64,000 bases of DNA from a phage. Location: the sequence record PZ445448.1, one strand, 5' to 3'. The notes beneath the pieces were generated by a model that was given only the letters and a program-made list of their open reading frames with translations, did not search any database and was not told the origin of the DNA. Shown in pieces: positions 11,401-20,879 of this stretch. The translations under genes and the position numbers were made by a program. Position 1 is the stretch's first letter. Every line of letters starts with the position of its first letter.

Positions 11401-14078
11401 ATATCATCATAAGTGATCTAAGATCGAACATGGATGGAACATCCATATCTATGCAAGTTCCGGTAACAAACGGATACAAGCGTGTTGTGATGATCATTAA
11501 GTGCGATCTGATAGGTAAGCAAGTTCTTGCAGAGAACGGAACTTCCACCCACCTATTTGAGACTGCTCTGCACTATCAGTTTGCTGATTCACCTTTTGCA
11601 GGGGATAAGAGAATATCTGACACAGACGCTGTGCGATGCAAGAAATTTATGCTAGGTGGTGGGTGGTGGTGGTATGAATTTGACTTAACAGACAAATTCA
11701 CCGACACGTCTAAAGTAGTGACGGGGCTTCGTCTAGACCTTGGCGAAAACATGCACAAAAGTGTTTGTGATGGCACCTACGGTGACCCAACAATCTACTT
11801 AAAGTATGTCTCTTTTGAGCACCCAGAGGATGTTGTTTATGGTCCAAAACTGAGACTGTTTGGCAATTGGATTGCTAAAGACAGGGTAGGTATGGGCAAG
11901 AAGGTAAGAGGCTTCTTAATGGATGCCGGTACAGAGGACATGCTAGTCAATGCAGTGTGGCCTGAATTACCTGGGACTCAGTGGAACAACTCAGCCAAAT
12001 CTATAAACTGGTTCAATATCCACAGGGCTATGTGGACAACCAACTGTTACCTGTGGAAAGAGCTGAATGACGGCGCTTTCGGGTTCACAGGCGGCAGAAG
12101 AATGGCAATCATTTGCTGGACAACGTTGCAAAGATGTTATGACCATGACTACGAGATTGGAGGTAGGGCATGGAAAAATATTAGGGATAGAATCATAACC
12201 AACTTTGCAGATCCTAACGGTGGTGGAGCGTATGGCTTCGACTGCAGCAGGCTCATCCATTTGAACGGATCCTCTGCCTACAAGAAAGAAGGTTACTCTG
12301 GATCTATGATAGAATGGGGCCTGGTGAAAGATGCTCGCGTGCTGATGGGTCAACAACTTGCTGCTGCAATAGGTCCTAATGCAGTGCAATCTGTTAAACC
12401 TGCGTGGTTTGATATCCCATTGTGGTCATCCGGTACACCAGGAACTGCTGCAATCAACCCTACCACGGGGGATCTGGAAATCTCTTGGGAGGACTTGAAG
12501 CAGGTTGGAGGCTGGGATAAAACAGGGTATCAGGTCCAGTGGTGGAGGGCTGATGGATCTTTAGCCGCTGATGAGTTTGTTAAGGACAATTTCTACACCA
12601 TGTCCTCTGCAAAAGCACAGCAATTATTTGGTCAGGCCACTCCGTCAACGATCACCATGTCTATGTGCTGTAAAGACAACAGGACTGGAGCTTTGGGGCC
12701 AAGGGTTGCTAAGGTTTTCTCAGGTATTAAATGGAATCTCCCTGTTCAAAGTGTTTCATGGAAGCAAATAGGTGATAACAAGCTGCTGGTTACCCCTGCC
12801 TGTCAGTTCAACGCAACTCTTAACGTTGATCCTGCTGTTGCGGCAAACTCAGCTAAAGCTTCTGACTTCTCTGTGTCTAACACTGCTATGGCAGATGTGA
12901 GGAAGATTGACACACTGAACGCCAGAATTACCTGTAAAAACACTTATGGCACATTCCAAATCATCAACAACTTCACAGATGCTGATTCTAAGGTAGTAAG
13001 GACAGCAAGCCAGACTCTGAGTTTAGGAACTCTGGCCTATGCGGCCCTGATCACCGAGCAGTCGGCAACACTCCAAGGAGGTGGTGTAGGCAAGTCCATT
13101 GCAACACCTGTGTGGAAGCCAAATGAGTGGGTTGTGTTTGATTTGACTGTGGACTTCTCCAGCGATAATAACTGGACATGGGTAAGGAATTGTTTGTCAC
13201 AATTGATGGGCGGTCCAAGCTCCGTTAGTGATAGTCACGACTCTACTGACCCGAGTGTGTTCCAGGTAGGTAAAACTCACCCAGAGACTGGAGAAACGTT
13301 GCCTGACAGGAAGTATGCGTTGGTTTGCATCTCTTACGGGAAGGCAGATGTCACATTCTCAGGGACACACACTTATAACGGAACTTACAACTTCTCAAGG
13401 AAGTATAGTCTCAAAGCAGGGAACATTATAGACGAGGTCGGTGTGCTGTATAATCCGGGCAACGGCATAGGGATTGTGGGCGGTAAACTGCAGATGCAGG
13501 AACCTTCTATCACCCCTTCCAACGTATCCGGGATTAGAAAGACTTGGGAAAGTAGTAATACCAACATTGCAACAGTGGATGCCACCACAGGGCTGGTAAC
13601 ATTTAAAGCTGCTGGGAATGTCACCATAAAGTTTGTAGTTAGAGATGATGCAGGCCGCAAAACGTCTTCAACATCGTTTACTGTCAGACAGATGGCACCT
13701 CAGTGGTTTATTTGGGAAGGAAATCCTCTTGACGGGGCTTACCCTAGACCTGCAGGAACGTCCAATATGAGGGTCTTTACCGGTCCGGTCATGAACAATC
13801 CGACCACAACCACCAACCCTACATTTTTTGGTGCTTACATACCTGAAATTATTGGCCTACCAAGGAACCAGATACAACTGCTTTTCGGAGCAGGTGTTGA
13901 TGGTCTAGCCACTTTTGGGTACAGTGACAACATTGATGCAGCCAGAAGCTCGGGTTGGATTGGATTTAAGTTTCAGTGGAACCCTGGTGGTAGAACATTA
14001 GGTGTTGCAAGCATAGGTGTTATGCTACCTGGTAACCAGCAATACCATCTCGAAGCTTATACAAACTTCCCTAGTTAA
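8451..14078 (+). CDS. giant virion protein (1875 aa), putative host-specificity/tail fiber protein
   Basis: 5.6 kb uninterrupted ORF with RBS GGAGAACACA; a C-terminal stretch (residues approx. 1685-1740, EPSITPSNVSG...TSSTSFTV) looks Ig-like by eye; only shadow ORFs on the opposite strand. Confidence 0.5.
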   Translation: MLPIPLLKLGRHFLDKRGGIKELAVLSYPIDNSDGTSNTVSYVNSLAILFDDGQLNITGYNRFGECRTGDLDTINYPNEAAWNVDHVWRADRAFVIRTFDNKFFYIGCTAGLIGSEAAGGNDVCVREWTPLPEQIVTGLHLDTHPERLVEVMGGVNNTVWVIAAPEADGMLHLYGSGNNTYGSLHVDKNQHATPVKIGETSENPETGPWKNPSINCEVHDNSVIFGGPRGFWIAGYDFLRNNSRNDLVWPPVQITRNDLRGIPADEEWKGFMCGPNGAIIATQRMHRPDDQQLVNVFYGQNIWGDDTWRELNITYTHEVIMARGYGTSGIFFNNGTKQYRGFSRNLCNDIGAQSANNSPRSDFIHYQALATAKYVEQRLPVSWTESVYFQGIHREGFLGTFTVVNGKLWWSGIPRGSFAGSNNLFGGRLNSQGFTEVPENWYKNVPVDSWGVEDIFDVNGVSSVSNIYIGDTVKMKLKPQPEGATFIIDKIELVNAAGTVVTDANYQFSTNWNHGGANEVVVTQYNRNVNRRGLYSVKITYHDKHGTGRTHTTRTLNWNTIVPAYPSNGKWHTVGRNKQFHVNDTVYFGLNAAQPAVEGDTSYIVRLHRMDAGSVTYDVTQEIYDQRRTTYDNVVKTQALWEFNPNGRGGKMLQVNEQNGTSLTVHEHPDPWPDPGKPNSGARTLKIVSHDAGYFGIRWEATVRYADGTTNNIGITLGGTSEDNSLKIAYTPRGISIDNIDVVRNGYGDVNVKVTLGEHLGGERIIMYAFDHDPRTNGTYANQAWSYLINAPEPNTKEFYYGMKRDVCKKTGTHDWIAICVKDERTAWDEPVNRWFIGIPTRSDKYVAEYIVCMGGTNLNMCWNEDVNKYSDYDYMRDYSCNLWFNQTTGYPPRQARVNPAIFTDTQVFLTKQANEVQTFKNKYDPNKWFYNCYGAFFWGPGELPGGGSCFEAATYASDRFMGQVKKYKIIPGPETLGNAVDPYIIISDLRSNMDGTSISMQVPVTNGYKRVVMIIKCDLIGKQVLAENGTSTHLFETALHYQFADSPFAGDKRISDTDAVRCKKFMLGGGWWWYEFDLTDKFTDTSKVVTGLRLDLGENMHKSVCDGTYGDPTIYLKYVSFEHPEDVVYGPKLRLFGNWIAKDRVGMGKKVRGFLMDAGTEDMLVNAVWPELPGTQWNNSAKSINWFNIHRAMWTTNCYLWKELNDGAFGFTGGRRMAIICWTTLQRCYDHDYEIGGRAWKNIRDRIITNFADPNGGGAYGFDCSRLIHLNGSSAYKKEGYSGSMIEWGLVKDARVLMGQQLAAAIGPNAVQSVKPAWFDIPLWSSGTPGTAAINPTTGDLEISWEDLKQVGGWDKTGYQVQWWRADGSLAADEFVKDNFYTMSSAKAQQLFGQATPSTITMSMCCKDNRTGALGPRVAKVFSGIKWNLPVQSVSWKQIGDNKLLVTPACQFNATLNVDPAVAANSAKASDFSVSNTAMADVRKIDTLNARITCKNTYGTFQIINNFTDADSKVVRTASQTLSLGTLAYAALITEQSATLQGGGVGKSIATPVWKPNEWVVFDLTVDFSSDNNWTWVRNCLSQLMGGPSSVSDSHDSTDPSVFQVGKTHPETGETLPDRKYALVCISYGKADVTFSGTHTYNGTYNFSRKYSLKAGNIIDEVGVLYNPGNGIGIVGGKLQMQEPSITPSNVSGIRKTWESSNTNIATVDATTGLVTFKAAGNVTIKFVVRDDAGRKTSSTSFTVRQMAPQWFIWEGNPLDGAYPRPAGTSNMRVFTGPVMNNPTTTTNPTFFGAYIPEIIGLPRNQIQLLFGAGVDGLATFGYSDNIDAARSSGWIGFKFQWNPGGRTLGVASIGVMLPGNQQYHLEAYTNFPS

Positions 14079-14110
14079 CAGGAGGCAAATAAAAAGGGGC
14101 CAGACGGCCC
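14078..14110. terminator. bidirectional rho-independent terminator between convergent operons
   Basis: AAAAA-GGGGCC-agac-GGCCCC-TTTCTTTTT: perfect hairpin flanked by an A-run and a T-run. Confidence 0.55.
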
Positions 14111-14124
14111 CTTTCTTTTTATAA

Positions 14125-14325
14125 TTAGTAATATTCCCAACACGACCCATCTTCAGACGGCTGGACACGCTTACCTTCATGATCGACATAGGTGTAACCA
14201 CAGCCTTCACAGATAACAGGGGCCGCATAACCTTCCTTCCACTGGTCCTCTGTGATCAGTCCTTTCAGATCTCCGCAGTCACGACCAAACAACTCTTCAG
14301 AACAATCTTTGCAAAAATCAGCCAT
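14125..14325 (-). CDS. zinc-ribbon protein (66 aa)
   Basis: Two CxxC pairs (FCKDCSEE ... CEGCGY); RBS GAGGA upstream of ATG. Confidence 0.5.
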   Translation of the reverse strand: MADFCKDCSEELFGRDCGDLKGLITEDQWKEGYAAPVICEGCGYTYVDHEGKRVQPSEDGSCWEYY

Positions 14326-14328
14326 TTC

Positions 14329-14736
14329 TCAGTCCTCGCATTTAACAAATTTTTCTACAGATCCACCAAGCACAGCTTGTTGTTTAATGGCACTTTCTTC
14401 ATCATAGTGGATAGATTTATGTTCCGTACCTCCAAACTTACCTGTGTGGAAGGTGTGCACCCAAATCTCTTTAGGAAGGGATTTATTCTCTTCCTCCACC
14501 AACTCCCACATACCCCACAAGTGATCTGCGATATCTCTGATGAAATATCCCTCACCGAGGTTTGTATTCACACTATAAGCTGATTCGTGATCTCCGCAAA
14601 TATAACGGAAGGCAGTGTACTCTTTACCTGGTGTGAAGTGAGTGTCCATTAGTATAGCTGTTAAAGAATAAGGGTCTCGAAAGCCTAAGAACTTTAGTTT
14701 AACAATTTCGACATTTACATCCGCAAGATTATCCAT
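14329..14736 (-). CDS. hypothetical protein
   Basis: Start set at internal ATG preceded by AGAGGAGATCGTC; the longer ORF to 14775 has no RBS. Confidence 0.45.
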   Translation of the reverse strand: MDNLADVNVEIVKLKFLGFRDPYSLTAILMDTHFTPGKEYTAFRYICGDHESAYSVNTNLGEGYFIRDIADHLWGMWELVEEENKSLPKEIWVHTFHTGKFGGTEHKSIHYDEESAIKQQAVLGGSVEKFVKCED

Positions 14737-14900
14737 GACGATCTCCTCTGTTCGGTTGGTGAGATAATCATACATAGATCTGGTGTTGGTGTCAAGTTTA
14801 ATTTTAAGCGATTCTGGGGAGGTATTTTGTTCAGGAGGGTAATCACACAGGGTAGGGCAATTTATGAAGGCACAGGCCTCGTTTGAGGCCTTAAAATAGG

Positions 14901-15281
14901 TTATGACGCTTTGACGTAGCGCTCTGACAAAGCTGGGAAGCCAAAAGCAGTACCTATACTACCGTATGCTACCCACCATTGAAGTTCATCGTGACACCAT
15001 TTTCCGATCAGGAAGGTGCTGGGGTAGCGGGTCAGTATTTTGGCATAAGCTTTAGGGTCTGCATCCTCTGGGATAATGATACTTGGAACATCTTTGTTAT
15101 GACCACAGCAGCAGTTTAGAGTTTTCAATCCTGCCGCCCATAGACTCATGATAGGCTTAGCCATGCACTTATCAAGGCACACACGTTTTTTGCCGTCACG
15201 GAGCTTTTTAGGCACATCAACGATAACATTTTGATGCTTGGCACCTTTCACTTTCCAATTATAGGATTTACACTTGCACAT
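14901..15281 (-). CDS. Cys-rich hypothetical protein (126 aa)
   Basis: ORF with GGAG RBS; multiple Cys clusters (MCKCK, CLDKC, NCCCGH) suggest metal binding. Confidence 0.45.
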   Translation of the reverse strand: MCKCKSYNWKVKGAKHQNVIVDVPKKLRDGKKRVCLDKCMAKPIMSLWAAGLKTLNCCCGHNKDVPSIIIPEDADPKAYAKILTRYPSTFLIGKWCHDELQWWVAYGSIGTAFGFPALSERYVKAS

Positions 15282-15478
15282 TTAATCAGTCTCCATCTAG
15301 AAAGCAATACTTTACTTAAAATCTTTGTCACCTATTACGATTGCACGAATCCACTCATTGTGATGTTCAATGGCGGTAAGGTGTAACATAATGCAGTGAT
15401 TGTCATTACCAAACACGGTGCGGTAAGCTTTAGCAGCACCATGATATAACTTCCACATCAGGTAATGATATCTTCGCC

Positions 15479-15952
15479 TCATGGCTCTTTCTCCGGTTCA
15501 GGATCTGGGTAATCTTCAATAATAAAGGGCCATCCGTTCCGCTTAGCCTCAGACTTGTACTCAATCTCCTTCATTGCAAACTCTAACTGATTTTTAGCCG
15601 GAATACATGCCGGAGAATCATCAACCCAGATATCTGGGTAGATATCAAACTGCGCCAGGTAGGCTGCCTTCTGAACACCGCCAGTATAAAACACACCAAC
15701 ATCGAGCTCCTTGCGCCAATACTCAATGTCCACATTGTCTTGAGTAATGAATCGGAAAGTCACAAGGTACACTGTCCACCCCTCCTTCTTCAGGTCCCTG
15801 ATCAGGCGGGAGAAGATGAAAGGGCTCGCATTAAACGTTCCATCAAAGTCAATGGCAATGATGTGTGTGCCGTGGCGAGTCTCGTATGGATTGCTTGTGG
15901 TAAGATTACTGTAGTTAAAAGGAACTTCTTCCCCGCAGTAGCTGTAGTCCAT
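15479..15952 (-). CDS. HAD-superfamily phosphatase/nucleotidase-like protein
   Basis: IIAIDFDGTF matches HAD motif I (DxDGT); later IWVDD resembles motif IV; start at ATG after GAGAAGG. Confidence 0.5.
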   Translation of the reverse strand: MDYSYCGEEVPFNYSNLTTSNPYETRHGTHIIAIDFDGTFNASPFIFSRLIRDLKKEGWTVYLVTFRFITQDNVDIEYWRKELDVGVFYTGGVQKAAYLAQFDIYPDIWVDDSPACIPAKNQLEFAMKEIEYKSEAKRNGWPFIIEDYPDPEPEKEP

Positions 15953-15954
15953 AT

Positions 15955-16230
15955 TCACACCTTCTCGTTGATAAATTTACGGGCGGTTTGGTGGGTTGTT
16001 TCTGCTGTCTTCAGAATGATATTAATTTTATTGTCAAGATCATTCATCTCTGCAGTTAGTTCAGGAATCTCTCCGGCATGCATAGTGAAATCATACATAG
16101 ACATGCCCAGGATCTCATTAATGCGACGGTTGCATTCTGCAGCACGCTGGTTCATTTTCCAAGCCAACACCAGAGCCTCTTGCGTAGCCTCCAGTGCAAA
16201 GTCTAATACGTCAGCTTCTTCTTTCGTCAT
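15955..16230 (-). CDS. hypothetical protein (91 aa)
   Basis: ORF with RBS AAGAGAGACTGAG; GTGA overlap with downstream gene. Confidence 0.5.
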   Translation of the reverse strand: MTKEEADVLDFALEATQEALVLAWKMNQRAAECNRRINEILGMSMYDFTMHAGEIPELTAEMNDLDNKINIILKTAETTHQTARKFINEKV

Positions 16231-16285
16231 CTCAGTCTCTCTTGTTGTATTGTTAGTAGGTGCATGAACACCTTATATCTCACTT

Positions 16286-16852
16286 TTATTCAAACTGCAA
16301 TAGTAAGTCCACCACCGCGCCAGGTCTGTCAACAAATTCCCCAGGTCCACATGCCCACAGAGGGTATCCGTCCACATACCGCCAAATCCAACCTGCAGTG
16401 TGGAGTTCGAGCAGGGCAGTACCGTCCTTACTGTCAACCACTCTTTCCCACAGTGTTGGGCAGCGAAGCTTGAGAATCGGATCACCTCCCTTATACCCGT
16501 CCATGTAGATACCCATTGCAAAGTTCAGCATCATCTTTTTGTGCACTGATCTCTTACTGAGGGTGCTCATCACTTCCTCTTTGTGAATGTTTGTAAGCTT
16601 CTCTTTGGCTACCCGCAGATCGTTGCAACCATTGTTCAGCAGATCTTCCAGACACTTGATCCGGAGGTCGTGAATGTCTTTGTCGTGTACCGTTGGCACA
16701 GGGTCGTAGCGGTATAGCACTGTTGATACAAGGTTGCTCGGGTGTGGGTCTGACAGCAACCCATAACCCCAATACTCTTCTGTATCTGAAAGGACAAGAC
16801 ACCCAATGTCTCTGTCAAGCTTTCCTGTGTTGTAAGCCACATTGACCGCCAT
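16286..16852 (-). CDS. hypothetical protein (188 aa)
   Basis: ORF with GGAG RBS; no motif recognised. Confidence 0.5.
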   Translation of the reverse strand: MAVNVAYNTGKLDRDIGCLVLSDTEEYWGYGLLSDPHPSNLVSTVLYRYDPVPTVHDKDIHDLRIKCLEDLLNNGCNDLRVAKEKLTNIHKEEVMSTLSKRSVHKKMMLNFAMGIYMDGYKGGDPILKLRCPTLWERVVDSKDGTALLELHTAGWIWRYVDGYPLWACGPGEFVDRPGAVVDLLLQFE

Positions 16853-16854
16853 GA

Positions 16855-17100
16855 CTATAGCTCCACTAGCAAAGTGCTTTCAAAGTGCCGTTCATGCAGA
16901 CCGTTGTAAGGGACCACTTCCACAACACCATCACGGACATACGGGGCCATCATAGTGGTATAATCTCCAAACGGGTTGGTATTGTCACTAACCACAACCA
17001 CCTTCTGCCCTTCCTTGGCAGAGTGCCAAATAGATCTACACTTCATCAGGTGTTCGAGAGCTCCAGGTAAAATTTTGTTACGTTCTTTACGGGTCTTCAT
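16855..17100 (-). CDS. hypothetical protein (81 aa)
   Basis: ATGA overlap with upstream gene (translational coupling). Confidence 0.5.
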   Translation of the reverse strand: MKTRKERNKILPGALEHLMKCRSIWHSAKEGQKVVVVSDNTNPFGDYTTMMAPYVRDGVVEVVPYNGLHERHFESTLLVEL

Positions 17101-17546
17101 AACAGATATAGCTCCTTATGAAAGTGGTCTTTTAATTTCTCACTGAGAAACTTCTTGATACCTTCCTCTAAAGTGTTTTCGATGTAGTCCAGCTTAACTG
17201 CTTCGATGGACATATCATAGATTGCCAGCTCTAAGCTGTCAAGTCCCATCATAGCATGAACCATAAGATTTTCATCTTCAGATACATTCAGAGGACTTCC
17301 TATAACATCTGTAGGTAGGATAGTTTCCCAATTATTCTGGGGGGTGGTTCTCCCGCCATCCACTTTACGGCGCAGTTCGAAGGTGTTCTTAGTGTAGAAC
17401 ACTTCATAAGAAACGATACGACTATCGCTCTCATAATAAACGAAGTTCAGGTAGGAGCCTAGCCGCAGTCGGCAAACTTCTACCCCAAACCATTGTTTCT
17501 TATAAGAATTCAGGCTAATGCTGTCGCATTCACGCTTGCTCAACAC
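17097..17546 (-). CDS. hypothetical protein (149 aa), GTG start
   Basis: GTG start 6 nt after AAAAGGAGATAGCC. Confidence 0.5.
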   Translation of the reverse strand: MLSKRECDSISLNSYKKQWFGVEVCRLRLGSYLNFVYYESDSRIVSYEVFYTKNTFELRRKVDGGRTTPQNNWETILPTDVIGSPLNVSEDENLMVHAMMGLDSLELAIYDMSIEAVKLDYIENTLEEGIKKFLSEKLKDHFHKELYLL

Positions 17547-17562
17547 GGCTATCTCCTTTTTG

Positions 17563-17796
17563 TTAATCTTCGTAAATCAGGATTTCTGCTTTAGGTTTTC
17601 GTGCTTTCAAGTCCAGCTCTATCCAGCGCACCATAGCTGTTTCAAGAAAAACAGCTTGGATGCATCCGTCCTCAGCGTGCCCCACCAACATAACAAGATC
17701 TTCACCTTCGTCATCTGCATCACGAACATACAGAATCTCTCCAGATTCAAAGTCTTTCACAACCTGATTGCTGGATAATTTACGAATTTTTGCCAT
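17563..17796 (-). CDS. hypothetical protein (77 aa)
   Basis: ATG preceded by AGAGGG. Confidence 0.5.
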   Translation of the reverse strand: MAKIRKLSSNQVVKDFESGEILYVRDADDEGEDLVMLVGHAEDGCIQAVFLETAMVRWIELDLKARKPKAEILIYED

Positions 17797-17797
17797 A

Positions 17798-18061
17798 TCA
17801 GAAACCCTCTAAAAAGCTTTTGTAGAAAATAATTTCAGTGTCCACACCTGTCACGATCTTATCGTTTCGGATCTCATCTGTGAGGTAGGTATCGAAACGT
17901 AGTACTTGTGTGGTATTGTCACACATCCACTCAGCTGTGACCATTGCGAAAATCTTAGCATCTTCATTATCTGGTGTGAATGTTACCACCTCGCCGCACT
18001 TAAACTTTTCGATAGGTTGAGTGTTAGCTTTCGGTTCTGCGATAGTGATTTTCGTGGTCAT
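17798..18061 (-). CDS. hypothetical protein (87 aa)
   Basis: ORF whose ATG overlaps the stop of the upstream gene. Confidence 0.5.
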   Translation of the reverse strand: MTTKITIAEPKANTQPIEKFKCGEVVTFTPDNEDAKIFAMVTAEWMCDNTTQVLRFDTYLTDEIRNDKIVTGVDTEIIFYKSFLEGF

Positions 18062-18318
18062 TACTCTTCCTCCATAGTTTCACCAAATACTTCGATACGA
18101 GCATCGAGCTCGGTTGCTTTCAGCTCCCCAACAAAATCTTTTAGTTCTTTCTCGTCCAGATCGTAAGCCCACACACAAGAAGAACATGCAGATTTCACAA
18201 TCAGCAGCGTAGATACACGACCTAACTCTGTGATCATGCTCACAATGGTTCCCACAGGGAACGTGTTGATAGCTTTTTTAACTGGGCGTTCAGCTTTAAT
18301 TACTACCTCTGTTGCCAT
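18061..18318 (-). CDS. hypothetical protein (85 aa)
   Basis: Start set at ATG 18318 (AGAGG 9 nt upstream); the ATG at 18327 has no spacing to its RBS. Confidence 0.45.
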   Translation of the reverse strand: MATEVVIKAERPVKKAINTFPVGTIVSMITELGRVSTLLIVKSACSSCVWAYDLDEKELKDFVGELKATELDARIEVFGETMEEE

Positions 18319-18333
18319 AAATAACATCCTCTC

Positions 18334-19815
18334 TTACTTAGCGTACTCGATTAATTCCACAGTTTTCCCAAAGCTCGGGATATAATTTTTATTATATCCC
18401 TCAGTGAGGACCCATAGAGTATCGTACTTTTTCCACTTGTTGTCAACAGCCTTTTGTTCAAAGTTATGCTCAAAGTATAGGTCGGTCAGGACGATGACAT
18501 CTTTTGCATTTGGTATGTTGGCATCCAGATACTCGAACACGCAAGCAGCTGTTGTGCCCCATGTTGAGTGGACCTCATAGTTGATCATCTCGTCTATGTT
18601 GCCGCGAGTGTATACTTTAACCTCTCCAACCTCAGTTGACCAACAGAACATTGTAACCTTAAACTCTTTATACAGATTGCACAATCCGGTGATTTCATTG
18701 AACATTTTCTTTAAAGTTCTTTGAGAGATCGAGCCAGAAACGTCTAAAGCTACAACAATATCTATGGTGTTTTCCGGATTACGACCAGGAACAATAACGT
18801 GCTGGTTCTTGTTTATAGCCCCAACTTTTCGCATTGTGCTGGTCAAAGACCCAGATCGGCGACCAGGTTTTCTGTAGGTCAGTTCAGCCTTTCGTTTAGA
18901 CAACATGCGTTGCTTAATGATGTCTATATAGTTGATTACAGGCTTACCCCTGTTCTTGACAAACTCACGCACCGCCTCAGGGCAACGACCTCCGGAAGCT
19001 TGCATTGCTGCTTCCAGCATGTCACCAGAGTCTTGCATGGCCTGATCTTTATCAGATTGGCTGATTACAGGTTGTGGCTGATCATACCCCATAGCCTTTC
19101 TAAGATCATCGCTGGTGCCACCGTTCCCGCTCATGTGATCATCGGTTTGTCGCTTATCTCCTTGAGAATTCTCACCTTTGCCGCTCTTACTTTTACCGTT
19201 ATTCTGATCTCTTTGCTTATCAAGAACTGCATAGACGTTCTCAGCAATCCATCCATGAAACTTCATGTCGCAGTAGCAACTAGCTAAGAAGCCAAAAGGC
19301 TTACCTTTTACGAACTCAGTGCTTTTCCCCTTCGGGAAGAAAACACAAGGAGGCTTGCTAAAGTCAACCACAAGACCTGTGTTGATAACGTGATCACAAG
19401 CAATATTGAACAGTTCCGGCTCAAAGCTTTTACCACGGACCAGGTGATCACAGATAATATGCCCCACCTCATGTGACAGAAGGAAGGCCACCTCTTTCAC
19501 AGATTTTGGGGAATAGAAAACTTCAGCCATCTCAAACTGCTCGTCAGTTAGAGAAGCCTTAAGAATAGCCTTGCGTTCATCAGCCAATCCCATAATGAAC
19601 TCAGGACTGTAATAGATGCGTTTATGGTCGGTTGCCATGGTGGAGCACCATGTGTGGTTTTCTACGAACTGCAACCCTGACAGTAGTGTGCCATAAAACG
19701 GCAGCTTTTCAAGGAGATACATACGTGCAGCCTGCAACATTCTCAGGGCATCATCTTTCTGTGAGGCAATGATTTCTGAACTTCTGCTATCCATTAAAAC
19801 TCCAGAAGGGGCCAT
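18334..19815 (-). CDS. VWA-domain protein with N-terminal HExxH metallopeptidase-like domain (DUF2201-type)
   Basis: HExxH motif LLSHEVGHIICDH; C-terminal MIDAS-like IDIVVALDVSGSIS; RBS GGGGG; this architecture typically partners MoxR ATPases. Confidence 0.65.
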   Translation of the reverse strand: MAPSGVLMDSRSSEIIASQKDDALRMLQAARMYLLEKLPFYGTLLSGLQFVENHTWCSTMATDHKRIYYSPEFIMGLADERKAILKASLTDEQFEMAEVFYSPKSVKEVAFLLSHEVGHIICDHLVRGKSFEPELFNIACDHVINTGLVVDFSKPPCVFFPKGKSTEFVKGKPFGFLASCYCDMKFHGWIAENVYAVLDKQRDQNNGKSKSGKGENSQGDKRQTDDHMSGNGGTSDDLRKAMGYDQPQPVISQSDKDQAMQDSGDMLEAAMQASGGRCPEAVREFVKNRGKPVINYIDIIKQRMLSKRKAELTYRKPGRRSGSLTSTMRKVGAINKNQHVIVPGRNPENTIDIVVALDVSGSISQRTLKKMFNEITGLCNLYKEFKVTMFCWSTEVGEVKVYTRGNIDEMINYEVHSTWGTTAACVFEYLDANIPNAKDVIVLTDLYFEHNFEQKAVDNKWKKYDTLWVLTEGYNKNYIPSFGKTVELIEYAK

Positions 19816-19828
19816 TTGCCCCCTGTCA

Positions 19829-20869
19829 TTATTTAACGTGTTTGAAAATACCTGCCAACTCGGTCATTGTCATGCGGGTGGTCTTCATAAGATCTGTCAT
19901 AGCTTTCTCCATAATTGGAGATACTACCATAAAGTTTCCTTTAGTGAAACCTTTATTCCAGTCGGTCACCAACAGTGGTTTAAGTCCAGCTCCGAGACGT
20001 TCACCAGTTAAAGCACAGCATTTGCGAATATACGAACTCTTAAATTGGCTGAACGACAGATCAACTTTCATACCTGCATCGTAGAACGTTTGACAATAGA
20101 AAGTGTAAGCCTTAGCAATCTCAACATCATCAGGCAGTGCAGGAACCTCTTCTGCAATCCCCTCTTCGACCTCCTGAGGCTCTTTTTCCTCTTCAGAGTT
20201 CTGTTCTTCAACTTCTTCTGTCACAGTCTCGTTCACGATGTCTGAAATGTGTTTGTTGGCTGCACGATCAGCCATGAAATTTTTAAAGTCCTGCATTGGT
20301 GACATATCTTCTTCCTCTTCGTCAAATAGTGCTAGTTTATCTTCTTCTGTCCCGTATTGCAAGATGAAATCTTCAAAAGTATAATCACCTTTCAATTTCT
20401 CCATACGCTCTTCGCTCAGGTGGAGCATCATCTGCTGGACAATTTTTCGATCAGTTTTGTCTTTAATCAGGATTGCAGTCTTTTTATCTACCAGACAGTC
20501 TTTCAGAGCATTGCACCTCAACCCTACCACACAACAATTGTCAATTGCGTAAGGACCTTCATCATCTATACGCTCCAAAGATGGGTAGAAAGGATTCCCC
20601 AGCCCGTTTTCATCTGTGTGCATGTCAAAAGGTATAAGGGTATAGTCGCATACTCCATCTCCTAAAAGTTTTTTACCAAATAGGAGGTATTCTTCCCATG
20701 ACAGGTCGAACTCTATATCTCGTTTCCGTGCGTTATTCTGTTTGCGTCTATATTTTTTGAGCAAGCGCTCTAACTCTTCTGGTGTATAATATTTTTCAAG
20801 ATTCATGAGTCGTCTCTCGTGCTCTGTAAGTGAAGAAATCGTATCAATTGTCTCAACAGATGTCAACAT
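19829..20869 (-). CDS. hypothetical protein with acidic central region
   Basis: Start at ATG 20869 (second codon of the TTG-initiated track ORF); long Glu/Asp-rich stretch; first gene of the minus-strand operon. Confidence 0.5.
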   Translation of the reverse strand: MLTSVETIDTISSLTEHERRLMNLEKYYTPEELERLLKKYRRKQNNARKRDIEFDLSWEEYLLFGKKLLGDGVCDYTLIPFDMHTDENGLGNPFYPSLERIDDEGPYAIDNCCVVGLRCNALKDCLVDKKTAILIKDKTDRKIVQQMMLHLSEERMEKLKGDYTFEDFILQYGTEEDKLALFDEEEEDMSPMQDFKNFMADRAANKHISDIVNETVTEEVEEQNSEEEKEPQEVEEGIAEEVPALPDDVEIAKAYTFYCQTFYDAGMKVDLSFSQFKSSYIRKCCALTGERLGAGLKPLLVTDWNKGFTKGNFMVVSPIMEKAMTDLMKTTRMTMTELAGIFKHVK

Positions 20870-20879
20870 CAAAAACGTG

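Noticed and set aside
19829-20869. HNH-like nuclease motif in the acidic 347 aa protein
   Set aside because: Only a loose His...Asn...Asn spacing (MHTD...DNCCVV...CNALK) without the usual metal-binding context; not enough to call.
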